Shown here: positions 1-11,239 of the stretch, one piece after another
Layout of the letters: every line of letters begins with the position of its first letter
Numbering within the stretch: position 1 is the first letter of the stretch
Assembly: GCF_963676685.1 (NCBI RefSeq)
Contig: NC_092350.1
Location: forward strand, 57,226,001 to 57,290,000
Length of the DNA: 64,000 bases
Reading direction: 5' to 3'
Source of the DNA: Mytilus edulis
Lineage: Eukaryota
Program-made: the position numbers and the translations under genes
The notes under the pieces: generated by a model
Told to the model about the DNA's origin: nothing
Seen by the model: only the letters and a program-made list of their open reading frames with translations
Database searches by the model: none

Positions 1-1585
1 TGCAAGACTTGCAGTTTCCGTAAACGCAGCTAGAATCATCACAGCAGTCACGAGTATTTTTGCATTTTCTTGGGTTACATGACTTGCAGGATCCGTACAC
101 GCAGCTATAACCAATACAACATTTATTTGACCGGCAACTATCGCCATTATTCCCACATTGTGATGGAGTTGGTGGTGTTACAGGTATTCCTCTCTTTACA
201 AGTCTGAAAGATGGAAAGTGACGCTTTGAGAGTGATTTACATTCGTACATTATATAACAATTATAATAAATTAAAAAATAGTCTAATTACATTACATTTT
301 TTTCCGGTGTTTAAGTAAACAAATGCATTAGATTTTACTGGTCAAAATAATGGATACATTCCGATTATCATCTGCTTATTGATATTGTAAAATGTTAGCC
401 TCAAGTCACAAAAAGAAACTGTGTGTCAAGTGAGCACAGCTAACGCGCGTTATAATTCTTATAAAAAGCTTAATTAAAGTCCGAAATAAGTTTGTATCCC
501 CTTTCTTTTGGTTTTAATTGTCAAGGTTTTTTTTTCTTCTTCTTTTATCAAACCATTCTAGAATAGCTGTAATTGACATATCAAAATGACTATATCTATA
601 CTTTATACGTGTTTGATAAATTTGCCCCATAGTTACTTTTGGTATAACACAAGTTTCCATCCGTATAGTTTGAGATACAATGTAAAAAGTACAAAAATAC
701 AATGCCATTCTTCAATTTAACTACGTACTTACTTGTGAGCCAGTTCATTATTCTCCATCATTTCTTCGACTGCCATGGTTGCTGGAAGAAAATATGTTTG
801 ATATACACATTTCATTATCGTGGCTAATACTTTTTGTACATCCGACTCTTAAAAATCACTGTATTTGTATCCTTATTTTCAAAAACATTTTGTTATGTAA
901 TTATTTTGAATAGACAATGACCACTGCATAAAAATCATTTAAGTTGCCAATTATGTTAATGGTTGTAGCAATTTCATTAACGTTAAACGTCGTACGAAAG
1001 TCACAATTTTAATAATTCGATATAAGGAGATGAGGTATGAGGGACAATGAGACGACTCCAAATCACAATTTATAAAAGTTAACCAGTATAGTCTTTCATT
1101 ATATGTTACTCTGACATTCAATACAAATTTAATGTATATATCATTAAGAAAATTGTCTGATTCAAGGGAAATCAAATATTGTGCTTTAATCTTTGAGAAA
1201 ATTATTTTAATACTTTTAACTACAAATGTAATACTTCAAAACAGCTATTATACGACCATGCGGTGCAAACTGTATTTTTAATATATATTTTTCGGAAGAC
1301 TACGCTTATTATTATCAAAATTATTGGGTAATAAAAACTGTTTCTTTCCACGTTACACTTAAAATCAAAACATTATATTATTAATCAGTTATATGTGGGA
1401 TATACTTCAATAAGTCAATTACAATGAATTAAACGAAACAAACGAAAAAAATTAAATCAGCAGGAAAAGAATCACGCACTTGCAACTACACATTGTTAAA
1501 ATACACAAATACGTCTCTTGTTAATTTATTTACCTCCTATGAACACCAACAACAGACTGGCAACTACACAAATTGAAACCTTCAT
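1..1585 (-). CDS. CRP-I: CRP-I-type multi-module cysteine-rich peptide precursor, locus A (3' end beyond left edge of window)
   Basis: Manual splice: exon 1585-1534 MKVSICVVASLLLVFIG (GT donor 1533-1532); exon 781-733 ATMAVEEMMENNELAH (49 nt, AG/GT); exon 203-<1 KLVKR|GIPVTPPTPSQCGNNGDSCRSNKCCIGYSCVYGSCKSCNPRKCKNTRDCCDDSSCVYGNCKSC... Intron phases 1 and 2 fit. Family name comes from recalled knowledge of mussel CRP-I architecture. Confidence 0.9.
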
Positions 1586-2372
1586 TCTTCGTGTATCTCT
1601 TTTCTGCAAGACACTACAAAACACATACGTATTTCTTACTTAGTAATATTTTCATTCTAACAATTCTTAAAATTTGTTTTTATTTTTTAAATGAAAATGA
1701 TGATTTCAAACAAGTTGACTGACTTACATCTTTTTGTATATAAACCTTATTTTTCTGCGCCTTTATTTGCACTAACTCGCTGTTTAAATCTGCATCTCAG
1801 TCAAAGAAAATATAAAGGAGTTGAGCGACTTGTACCACAAGGTATAGGTTTAGATGGTACAAAGTAAAATAACAAAAGAAGTTCTATATCAAGTAGCAAA
1901 ATACAAGGACAAACAAATTGATTTTTTTTCTTTTTTAAACAAAAATCGTGAATTACCCTTGTTTTATAACTAGCTTAACCTCTCACTTGTATGACAGTCG
2001 CATACAATTCCATTACATTGACAACAATGTGCAAAAAAAAATCCAGACATTATAAGTAAAAATAAAGAAAAAATAGGGTACAGTTATCAACATTGTGATC
2101 TTAATCGCTACGACATAATTAAATATGCCAAAACACATAATCATAAATGAAAGACAAGAAAACAAACAATTACCACTAAAACAAAACAAAATATTGGCGA
2201 GTTGCATAAGGAAAGAGGAACGACAAACGGATAATTTAAAAAGTTTACTAAATAGTTGATAGTTTCCAAAGACAAATTAAAGAACTCTGTAATATGTTGT
2301 TAAGATCAAAAATTCAGTACTTCGAATCTATAATTTGCTATATCTTTTTCTTCTTATGATGACTGAAATTGT

Positions 2373-2446
2373 ACTTACGATAGCAAATGTGAGTATTGCT
2401 GACTAGAAGACTTCTAACTTAATATCCACTTTTCCCGGCTTTTATA
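2373..2446 (-). promoter_or_regulatory. TATA box and non-coding exon 1 of locus A
   Basis: TATAAAA at 2446-2440, with GTAAGT donor at 2378-2373. The same block recurs upstream of loci B, C, E, F and G. Confidence 0.7.
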
Positions 2447-3415
2447 CTGGATTTTTACGCTTATGGAATTTAAAATCTACTGAAGAGATAGTTTTTTATA
2501 CATACTACTGCGTCGTTCGGGCTTGCACGTCTATTTATAAAACTGGTGCTAACCAGTTCAGCTTACACAGACATGAAATATTACGAATACGTAATTAAGA
2601 TAGTGCGATGTTGAAATTGTGACCTAAATTGCCAGATGAGGAAAATCTGCTTGCCTTGAAATGAAAACCACGTTGAGCTCAGTAGCATCGATTGCTTTGT
2701 AAACTTAACTAAAGACATTCCGACATTTATTTCATCATATTGTTAGGATAATACGTGTGTCCTGGCTTCAATACTGAGGTATGATATAACAATTGTAATG
2801 CAATGGCCGGTGTAGTATTAATTTACTTTTTTTCATATTGAATTAATGATTACATATTAGTTAGGATATCATTGATATGATAAAATACAACAACACATGT
2901 ACTAACATTGTATCAACCAACTATTTAAACCTTTGCATTTTGCAATGTTGTAATGACATGGTGTTACAATTCAACGTTCAGTATTGAATAAGCGAAAGTA
3001 TCAAAGACTAGATGAAGGTAAATTATTTTAAAAATAGAGGAAACCATAGCGTTATTCCCTGCCTGATCGACAATTCTACACTTTATTTAAAAAATAGCAT
3101 TGTATTTCGTTTCAACATTTAGTTCACAGATCTGCTTTTGTGTAATGTTAACCACATCATACTACTTTTACGTGTAATTTGTTGAATTAACAAAATAGGT
3201 GTCACATGTTGAGCATTATCCGAAATTACCAGTCTAATCTGAATTCTTTTTTGAATACTGTTGTTGTCATTTGGTCGTTTTTCGTGTTGTTTTAGTTTGG
3301 CATGACTGTACAATTGTTCCAACTTGAAAGATAAACCATGACACCGAGTCTTTTGGCATATATATCGTAAATGCAGGCTATTATCTAATTTAAAAAAAAT
3401 GAATGTACTATGTTA

Positions 3416-3689
3416 TCTGTCTATGAAGAAATAACATCAACCATGTGGTGTAAACTGAAAACATGGCGCAGCGAGTTATTTCACAGTGCACACCACATTT
3501 TTTATGTTATTTCGAATAGATAGAAAAAAATATAGTAGTCATTCCTTATAATTTAATTATAAGCTGCAGTAAATCCTGAAAAAAAAACGTTGTTGACGTC
3601 CCTGTCAAATGATAAAATTATGTTTATGAGCTGATAGACAAAACGTTGTCAGCCAATCAGAAGACACGTTACATCCAATATCAAATTAT
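3416..3689. mobile_element. Hairpin-headed non-autonomous element
   Basis: Imperfect inverted repeat 3416-3524 (TCTGTCTATGAAGAAATAACAT...ATGTTATTTCGAATAGATAGA), followed by a tail ending with CCAATCAG...AAATTAT. Confidence 0.5.
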
Positions 3690-5287
3690 CAAAAGATAAA
3701 CTCCTAACTACTCTACTGCCTGTCGATTCTTTTATATTTGCATGGAACAAGTCATGTCTGCATTGACTGCCTATGACATTAAACTATAAATCATGGGATG
3801 TCTTGAAGTTGATTTTAGCCCCTGATGCATGATTTCTTTTATTATTGATAATGGTTTTAGGCTTTTAATTAGCTTTTAGTAATTGCTAGAACTCTTATAT
3901 CGTACATTCGTGTTACTGTGATCTACTGATATAATTTGTAATGCATTTTTTAGTTATTTGATGTTTTCCTATTTATCGTTAAATCTCGTCTCACTATTTT
4001 CAATAATACCACAGTTGATACGTGTTAGGTATAAATATAAATGTTCACTTACTCGTACTATAATTAACCAAACTATGTTAACTTTTTTGTGTTATATGTC
4101 TTTTTATTTAGCTAAGCAATTTCAATTGATATGTTTTATTTTGTCTTGCAATTTAGTGATGTTCTACTATTGTTTCATGTTAGGATGAAGGTTGGTACAT
4201 ATTAAAACATTTAATCCTGCTGCATTTGGTTGCACCAATTCTATGTGAGAAACCTGATATTCAGTGGTTGTTGTGTGTTGAAGCGTTCACACAGTGTTTC
4301 TCGTTTGTCGTGTTTTCGTCTAGATTATACCGTCGATTTACCTGTTAGAATGGTTATCCACTAGTCGTGTTTGGGGTCCTTTGTCGTTTGGTGTTCAGTG
4401 TGAGCCAAATACTCTGCTTTCAATGTCGTATGCCTATAAAGGGTTTTTTTTATAAAATTTTGAATTGGTTGGAGAGTTGTCTCGTTGGCGCTCAAACCAC
4501 ATTTATTATTTAGTGAGCTTGTGAACACGTATTACTAATAAGCAATGTAACTTTACTATTAATAGTACGCAAATTTGCCTAACATACTTTTTTGGAGTAA
4601 CTTTATGTTTTATCTGTTTGTGCCTTGTGAGTTTGTCAGTGTAAACCCGTGGGGTAAAAATGTCTGATTGTTCATTAATCGTGTTTCAATATATTTCAAG
4701 ATACATTTGATTACAGTAAACGAACGGTGGGGTCAAAATGGTCAAGCTGCATACATTAGACTTCATGCTAATGTCAAGCAAGCATGCTTTTTATGGTTCC
4801 TTACTGCCAGTAAACAGATATGCAACAAAATCATTGTTTCTAGGAATACATCACTATTAACCATTAGCCGAAGGTTGAGACATGACTTTTACACGTACAA
4901 ATGTAGGTACTTTGCTGGATAATATTAGATAATAGGTTAATAACAACTATGTATCAATAATTGCTTACTTACAAACCTAAGTTATTTTACCAGAAAAAGT
5001 AATCATTACTGCAATGTGGGGCTTTATGTTAAGATTATGCTACATTTTGTTGGCCTATTGATCGAAAGAACTCTTTATAAAATTTCGGAAAAAATATCCT
5101 TGAGCTTAGAAATCCTCTTGTCGAATGTAAGCATTGAGGCTAACATAAATGACAAATAGTAAAAGAGACTGGTTTTACGTATGTAAAGGTAAATGTAATT
5201 GTTTGACAGTTTGATCTGTTTTTCATTTGATGATAAACACAAAACATCATCATTCACAAGAAGAGAGTCGGAACACATGTCACATCA

Positions 5288-5499
5288 TACCGTATAGCGG
5301 GTTATTTTCGCGTGTGTAACATTTAACGATTTTCATTTAATAAGGTATACGAAATATTTTGGCGGTTATTATTTTGGTGGATTCAAAATGTGTATCAACA
5401 CGTACACTTTTAAATTGACGGAATTTATTTTAGCGATTTTGTTCTTTCCGCAATAATAAGCGAAAATTACACCCAGCGAAAATAACCAAATTTACGGTA
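5288..5499. mobile_element. MITE with TA ends (Tc1/mariner-type)
   Basis: Terminal inverted repeats TACCGTATAGCGGGTTATTTTCGC / GCGAAAATAACCAAATTTACGGTA. Confidence 0.7.
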
Positions 5500-7940
5500 T
5501 TTACCCACTACATAAAAATGGGTGTATTAAAAACAAAACTGTATCCTTAAATGTGCATTTGAAAACGTTAAAAAATGCGGTACACATTTTATCAGTAGTT
5601 AAAGTTTGCAAATAGATTATGGCCGCCATATGAGCAGTTGCCCAAATGAATTATGGGCGGTATAAAAATCATCCAAAAAAATAATGCATCGAAAATGACC
5701 TCTATGAGCTGGAATGAGAAAAATGAGAGAAAAAAATATGAAAAAATTGAGAATACATGTGCTGCAGAAAAACACTGGAGTAATTTCTACTGATCATACT
5801 TAAGGTGGCTCGGGTGTCTTCTGACATAGGGGGTCAAACAAAACAAAACACCAACAGAGAGTGAAAAGAACGCCATTTGACCCACATGTTTCCAAAGCAA
5901 CTCAAAAATGAAATTAAAAAGAAACGATTAATCAATATACTGTAATAAAGATATCTATATTTTAAATGTTATTTACAATAAAACTCATTCGCACACATCT
6001 GTCACAAACAAAACAAATTTTATTTCAAATCGCATGGTGCTAACGAATTAAAACTGGAGCCTCGAAAATTTACTAATTCATTGCTGTTACTAAGGTTTAC
6101 ACACACACACTCCTTTCGTAAAATTTGAGCAATATACTGATCATGATAGAAATACTAATTTCAAATTTGATCAAATAATGAAATTCATACCAATGTTTGA
6201 AGAGGAATATAAACAAAAATTACAATGACGCAATGTCGGCACTAACAAATTGGAAAAAAATATTTTATCGAAAAAATTTACAATTTCTGAGTAGTTTGAT
6301 AACAAGTGAATACCAAATTTTTAGAATAAGCGTACACTTTAAACAGACTCACTGACAAACCACAGCATTGTTTAAACAAAACATTGATGCTCATATAGTT
6401 GCTTCAAATTAAAAGTCCTTTAATTAAAATTACTGATAAAAAATCTTTACTCATAAATACAAATAAAAAATGAAAATAGAATTCAAACAACAAACGATAA
6501 GACATTACACAGAAGTTACTAGACTCACAAAAGAAATATCACAATAAACTGCATAAAGGTTTGATGTATAAATACCGAGACGTGTCATGTATAAATACGA
6601 ACTCAATCGCTAAAACAGTCATTTAAATCCATTTAACTGAAATAACTTATTATTATCTTAATTTAAACTTACATAAGCAAAACGAAAATAGAATTTAAAC
6701 CATAAACCACAAAGACTTCACACAGCATTTAACCAGATTTACAAAAAAAAAAACATGGATACTATATAGATAACAATTTCAAATGTGTATAGGAGTTGCT
6801 TCATTTCTGTTTTTTCTTTGTAAATTGTTGTGTTATAGATATAGAGGCAACTTTAATTGGGTTATTTGTTCATGTCATGGACTTAAAAAATGACAATACT
6901 GTATGTTTTTTTCTCTTTTCTTTTTGTTGTTGGCCGTACGGTTGTACCAAGTCAAAAATATGACATTTGGTATCCATTCGTTTGATGTGTTTCAGCTTTT
7001 GCTTTTGGCATATGAGTAGGTACTTTCCTTTTTGAATTATCCTCTTAGTGTGTTTGTGATTTTACTTTTGCCTATAATTGCGTACATGCATTTCATTTGG
7101 ATAGTTGTCTCATTGGCAATCATACAAATACCACGACTCCTTTCTTATCATATTTGTCGCAGACAGATATAGTGAGCACGAACAGGTAAACATTTCAAAT
7201 CATATATTAATTTTGCACTACGACATGCATATCTGAACAAGATGTCAGGGCCTGTTATTGCACGATTGAGTGTTTAAGTGTCACACTTCAAAGAGTGTAA
7301 CACAACAAATGTACACGAACGATGCGATATTAGTACATTTCAATTGGTCAATAATTAGGTCATTCATTGATGTCTTTCAACGATTTAATTTAACATGTTC
7401 GTCCTGTTTAAAACTTCTACCTTTGAGTGACAAAGATGATCACAAAAGGTCAGCAAAACATTGACTTTAACGAAATAATAAAAATATACTTTAATATGAT
7501 TAACAGCGGGATTTATAAGGAAACGTCAATTCTATTGTAACTACGTTATTTTTGGGGTTTTGGGTTTTGCAAACAAAAGATAAATTACCTGTAAAAAGTG
7601 TTTATAACAAAAAGAAAGATTTGTGTTTTTAATATGCGTCACTTTAAGATATATTGGGGTTTGTTGTTTTTTTGGAGGGGAGGGGGATTTTGGTTGCACA
7701 TGATAGTTTTGTACATGTATACGAAATAATTAATGTTCTGATAAATGAAAACAATCAGACATGGATAATTTATTTACAAAACCTGGGGAGTAATCCAAAA
7801 AGGACAAAAAGTTAGTTGTGAGAAAAATTTTACTTCAGCAGCAAAATTATTAGACACAAACAAAGTATTCTCGATTCTCGGTTTTTTAGAGAAAAAAAGA
7901 CAGTTTCTGGAGGCTTTAATTTAGTTTTAATGATTTTATA

Positions 7941-8315
7941 GTACCTTTGATAACTATTAACACCACTGGGTCGATGCTACTGCTGGTGGACGTTTCGTCC
8001 ACGAGGGTATCACCAGCCCAGTAGTCAACACTTCGGTGTTGACATGAATATCAATAATGTGGTAATTTTTATAAGTTTCCTGTTTACAAAACTTTGAATT
8101 TTTCAAAAAACTAATGATTTTTTTATCCCAGGCAGATTACCTTAGCCGTATTTGACACAATTTTTTGGAATTTTGGATCATCAATGCTCTTCAACTTTTT
8201 CTTGTTTGGCTCTTTAAACATTTTGATATGAGCGTCACTGATGAGTCTGATGTAGACGAAACGAAATGCGCGTCTGGCGTACTAAATTATAATCCTGGTA
8301 TCTTTGATAACTATT
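7941..8315 (+). mobile_element. Retrozyme-like monomer (~357-nt unit carrying a hammerhead ribozyme)
   Basis: Direct repeat GTA(C/T)CTTTGATAACTATT at 7941 and 8298 (period 357) enclosing a hammerhead core. Confidence 0.75.
8232..8280 (+). ncRNA. Type I hammerhead ribozyme
   Basis: Stem I GCGTCA/TGGCGT, CTGATGA 8238-8244, stem II GTCT-GATGT-AGAC, GAAA 8258-8261, cleavage triplet GTC 8272-8274. Extra GAAAT duplication in stem III. Confidence 0.8.
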
Positions 8316-8449
8316 TATAGTATTTTATATTTCAATGATGTATTAAGTGATGCAGGGAATCGTGTTTATCTTTACTGAAAGGTGACCTATCCACCAAAAA
8401 GTGTAGCAGATTACAGTAAGACATGTTCAATTCATAATTTCTACATGAA

Positions 8450-9800
8450 ATAATTAGCAAAGACCCATCGAAACAACATTTGATGCAAAAATTCAACTAT
8501 ACTTTAGATCTTTGGATGATATATTGGCTCTCAATAATGACGACTTCAGTATGTATACTAAAGAAATTTATCCTGTTGAATTTACTTTAAATAAAGCTAT
8601 TACTAACAATGACCACTGCCCTTTCCTCGATCTTGATATCTATATCATTAACAGGAAGCTTAATACAAAAATTTATGATAAAAGAAATGATTTTTCATTT
8701 CCTATTGTTAATTATCCATTTTTAGATGGTGACGTTCCCTTGTCACCATCTTAACGTGTTTATATATCTCAACTTGTACTATTCGCTCGTGTATGCAACA
8801 ACTTATTAGATTTTAGCGAGAGAAATTTATGTATTACTGAAAAATTATTACACCAGGGTTTTCGATATCACAAACTGGTCAAAATATTTACTAAATTTTA
8901 TCACCGGTACAAGGAAATAATTCAAAAATATAACTCAACATGCAGACATCTTATACGTTTAGGTATTTCACATCCAATTTGTTATGGTAGTATTCTTTAC
9001 AAAGCAAAAACATGTCAGTATTCACCTCACAAGCTTACAAAACCTTTAAACAGACTTATTAAGAAGGAATATAGTTACGATACTGTTGTCAGGTCAATAA
9101 AGATTGCATATGTTGGCTTTAATATTGATTCACTTATAGTATCTTTGCATTGGAACTAAACACATTTATTTTGTTTAATAAAACAGTTGTTGGCATGACA
9201 CGGGTTATGTTCTTCTCATATATTTTATGATAGTTTGATACTAAACCTCTGACGGGAGGGAGTGTGCCTGAAATTCATATGATGAAGACATAATCTTTCA
9301 ATCAGTTTAATTGAGGTCTGGAGCTGGCATGTCAGTTAACTGGTAGTAGTCTGTTGTTATTTATGTATTATGTCATTTTATTTATTTTCTTTTGTTACAT
9401 CTTTTGACATCGGACTCGGACTTCTCTTGAACTGAATTTTAATGTGCGTATTGTTATGCGTTTACTTTTCTACATTGACTAGAGGTATAGGGGGCGGGTT
9501 GAGATCTCATAAACATGTTTAACCCCGCCGCAATTTTGCGCCTGTCCCAAGTCAGGAGCCTCTGGTCTTTGTTAGTCTTGTATGATTTTTAATTTTAGTT
9601 TATTGTGTATAATTCGGAGTTAAGTATGACGTCCCTTATCACTGTACTAGTATACATATTTTTAGGGGCCAGCTGAAGGACACCTACGGGTGCGGGAATT
9701 CTTGCTACATTGACCACCCATTGTGGCCTTCGGCTGTTGTCTGCTCTGTGGTCGGGTTGTTGTCGCTTTGACACATTCATCATTTCCTTTCTCAATTTTA
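8450..9800 (+). mobile_element. 5'-truncated, degenerate Penelope-like RT element plus 3' tail
   Basis: ORF 8512-8754 (LDDILAL...PFLDLDI...YDKRNDFSFPIVNYPFL) continues past a stop with VYISQLV. This is an RT C-terminal/thumb signature, followed by a non-coding tail that recurs elsewhere (e.g. inverted at ~62620-62840). Confidence 0.7.
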
Positions 9801-10674
9801 TGTAATACAATGTCTATTTGTTCGAATTATATAAAAGAACCACTATTGATCTTTTAAGTATACATGATACTTTGATTACATTTTTGGACTATAATGTTTA
9901 TAATTTGTTAGATAGAGTTATATATCTTTTTGTAACTCAACCTCACCGTTATTTTTATTTCTTGGTGAATTACAGTTCAAATCTATCTTAAACTTTCCGC
10001 TTTAACTAAATCGACTAGATTCGCTTTATGTCGTGTTTTTACTCAGACACATATGGTTTAAACTCATATGTCGTTCCCTAATGTATATATAATATAGAAC
10101 GTTTTACCTTGCACAGACCTCGGGTGATCTTAGGGCAAAAAAAAATTTAAATACATACAAAATATGTATTGAAATCGATCAAAGTTAAGAAAATCCAGAA
10201 TTGAAAGTAAAGCATGGCACCACACTGAGACTTCTTCACGTAAATGCGTAATGTCTTTTGGTTAATGCTTTATTTTTCCATTTTTTACTTTATTTTGTTT
10301 TCAGTTGATGGTTTTCTTACTGAAGACTTTCTTTTACTAGTTTGTCTATATGTTTAGTGTTCTTGTTTGTTGATTATATTAAATATTGTTGTCAATGGTT
10401 TCAAAACGAGAAGTCGACAAATATATATTATATTAAAAGTAGTAAATGTATAATAGTTTTTATAACAGCTGTATTTTATGCATGTAAGAATTTAAAGAAT
10501 CGTTACAAAGTCATGAAAGGTGAAATAATATATGAATAAGCCTTTAATATACCAACAAGCCAACCATTGTATCCATGTTTTTTTTTCAGTCTTACTTTTC
10601 AACGAGTGCGAATTTAAAATTTGCCATGAGGATTTGCTATTCTTTCCTTACCTGGACAGTGTAAAACATAGAGA

Positions 10675-11085
10675 TAGGAAATCGTGGTATGAGTGTCAAT
10701 GAGACAACTCCCCAAGTCAACAATTTATAACAGCAAACGATTATAGGCCAAGGTACGGTCTTCAACACGGAACTTTGGATCACACGAACAGCAAGCTAGA
10801 AAGGTCTCCCAAAAATTACTATAATTGAAAAACCAATCAAACGGGAAAACCAACGGTCTAATCGATATATATATATAAACGTGAAACGGGAATCTCTTAT
10901 GAACCACATCAACAAACGACAACTACTAATTAACATAAACATCAGCTTCCTGACTAATGACAGGTTCAAACGGTTGCAGCGTGTTTGAACTTTTTAATGG
11001 TACCAAACATTTGCCTTTAGCTGAAACAATAGTGTAACATCACAACATAGAAAGACACACTACAAGATATCAGCTGAAAAGGCTG
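10675..11085 (+). repeat. Abundant SINE-like interspersed repeat (GTGGTATGA..GCCAATGAGACAAC...ACGGCCTTCAAC family)
   Basis: Related copies at ~18585-18960, 20378-20685, 51108-51250, 59983-60108, 60806-61122 and 62993-63197 (+), and at ~4185-4505, 22375-22550, 27470-27622 and 48240-48400 (-). Confidence 0.7.
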
Positions 11086-11239
11086 TATATATGCAAGAAC
11101 ACATTTTAAAGTGATCTGAAAGAATATATACGTATAAGTGTCATTCAACCTGAATTTTATTTATTATTCGTTTAACATTTAACCTGTTTAATGACAAACT
11201 GTCGTTTCAGGCTTCCTGATTCTTGCACCTTGTTTGTGC

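Noticed and set aside
10342-10539. ORF MSICLVFLFV... resembling the CRP-I signal peptide
   Set aside because: Non-ATG start, no GAG|GT donor at the expected position, and no pro or Cys exon downstream; a chance match in T-rich flank.
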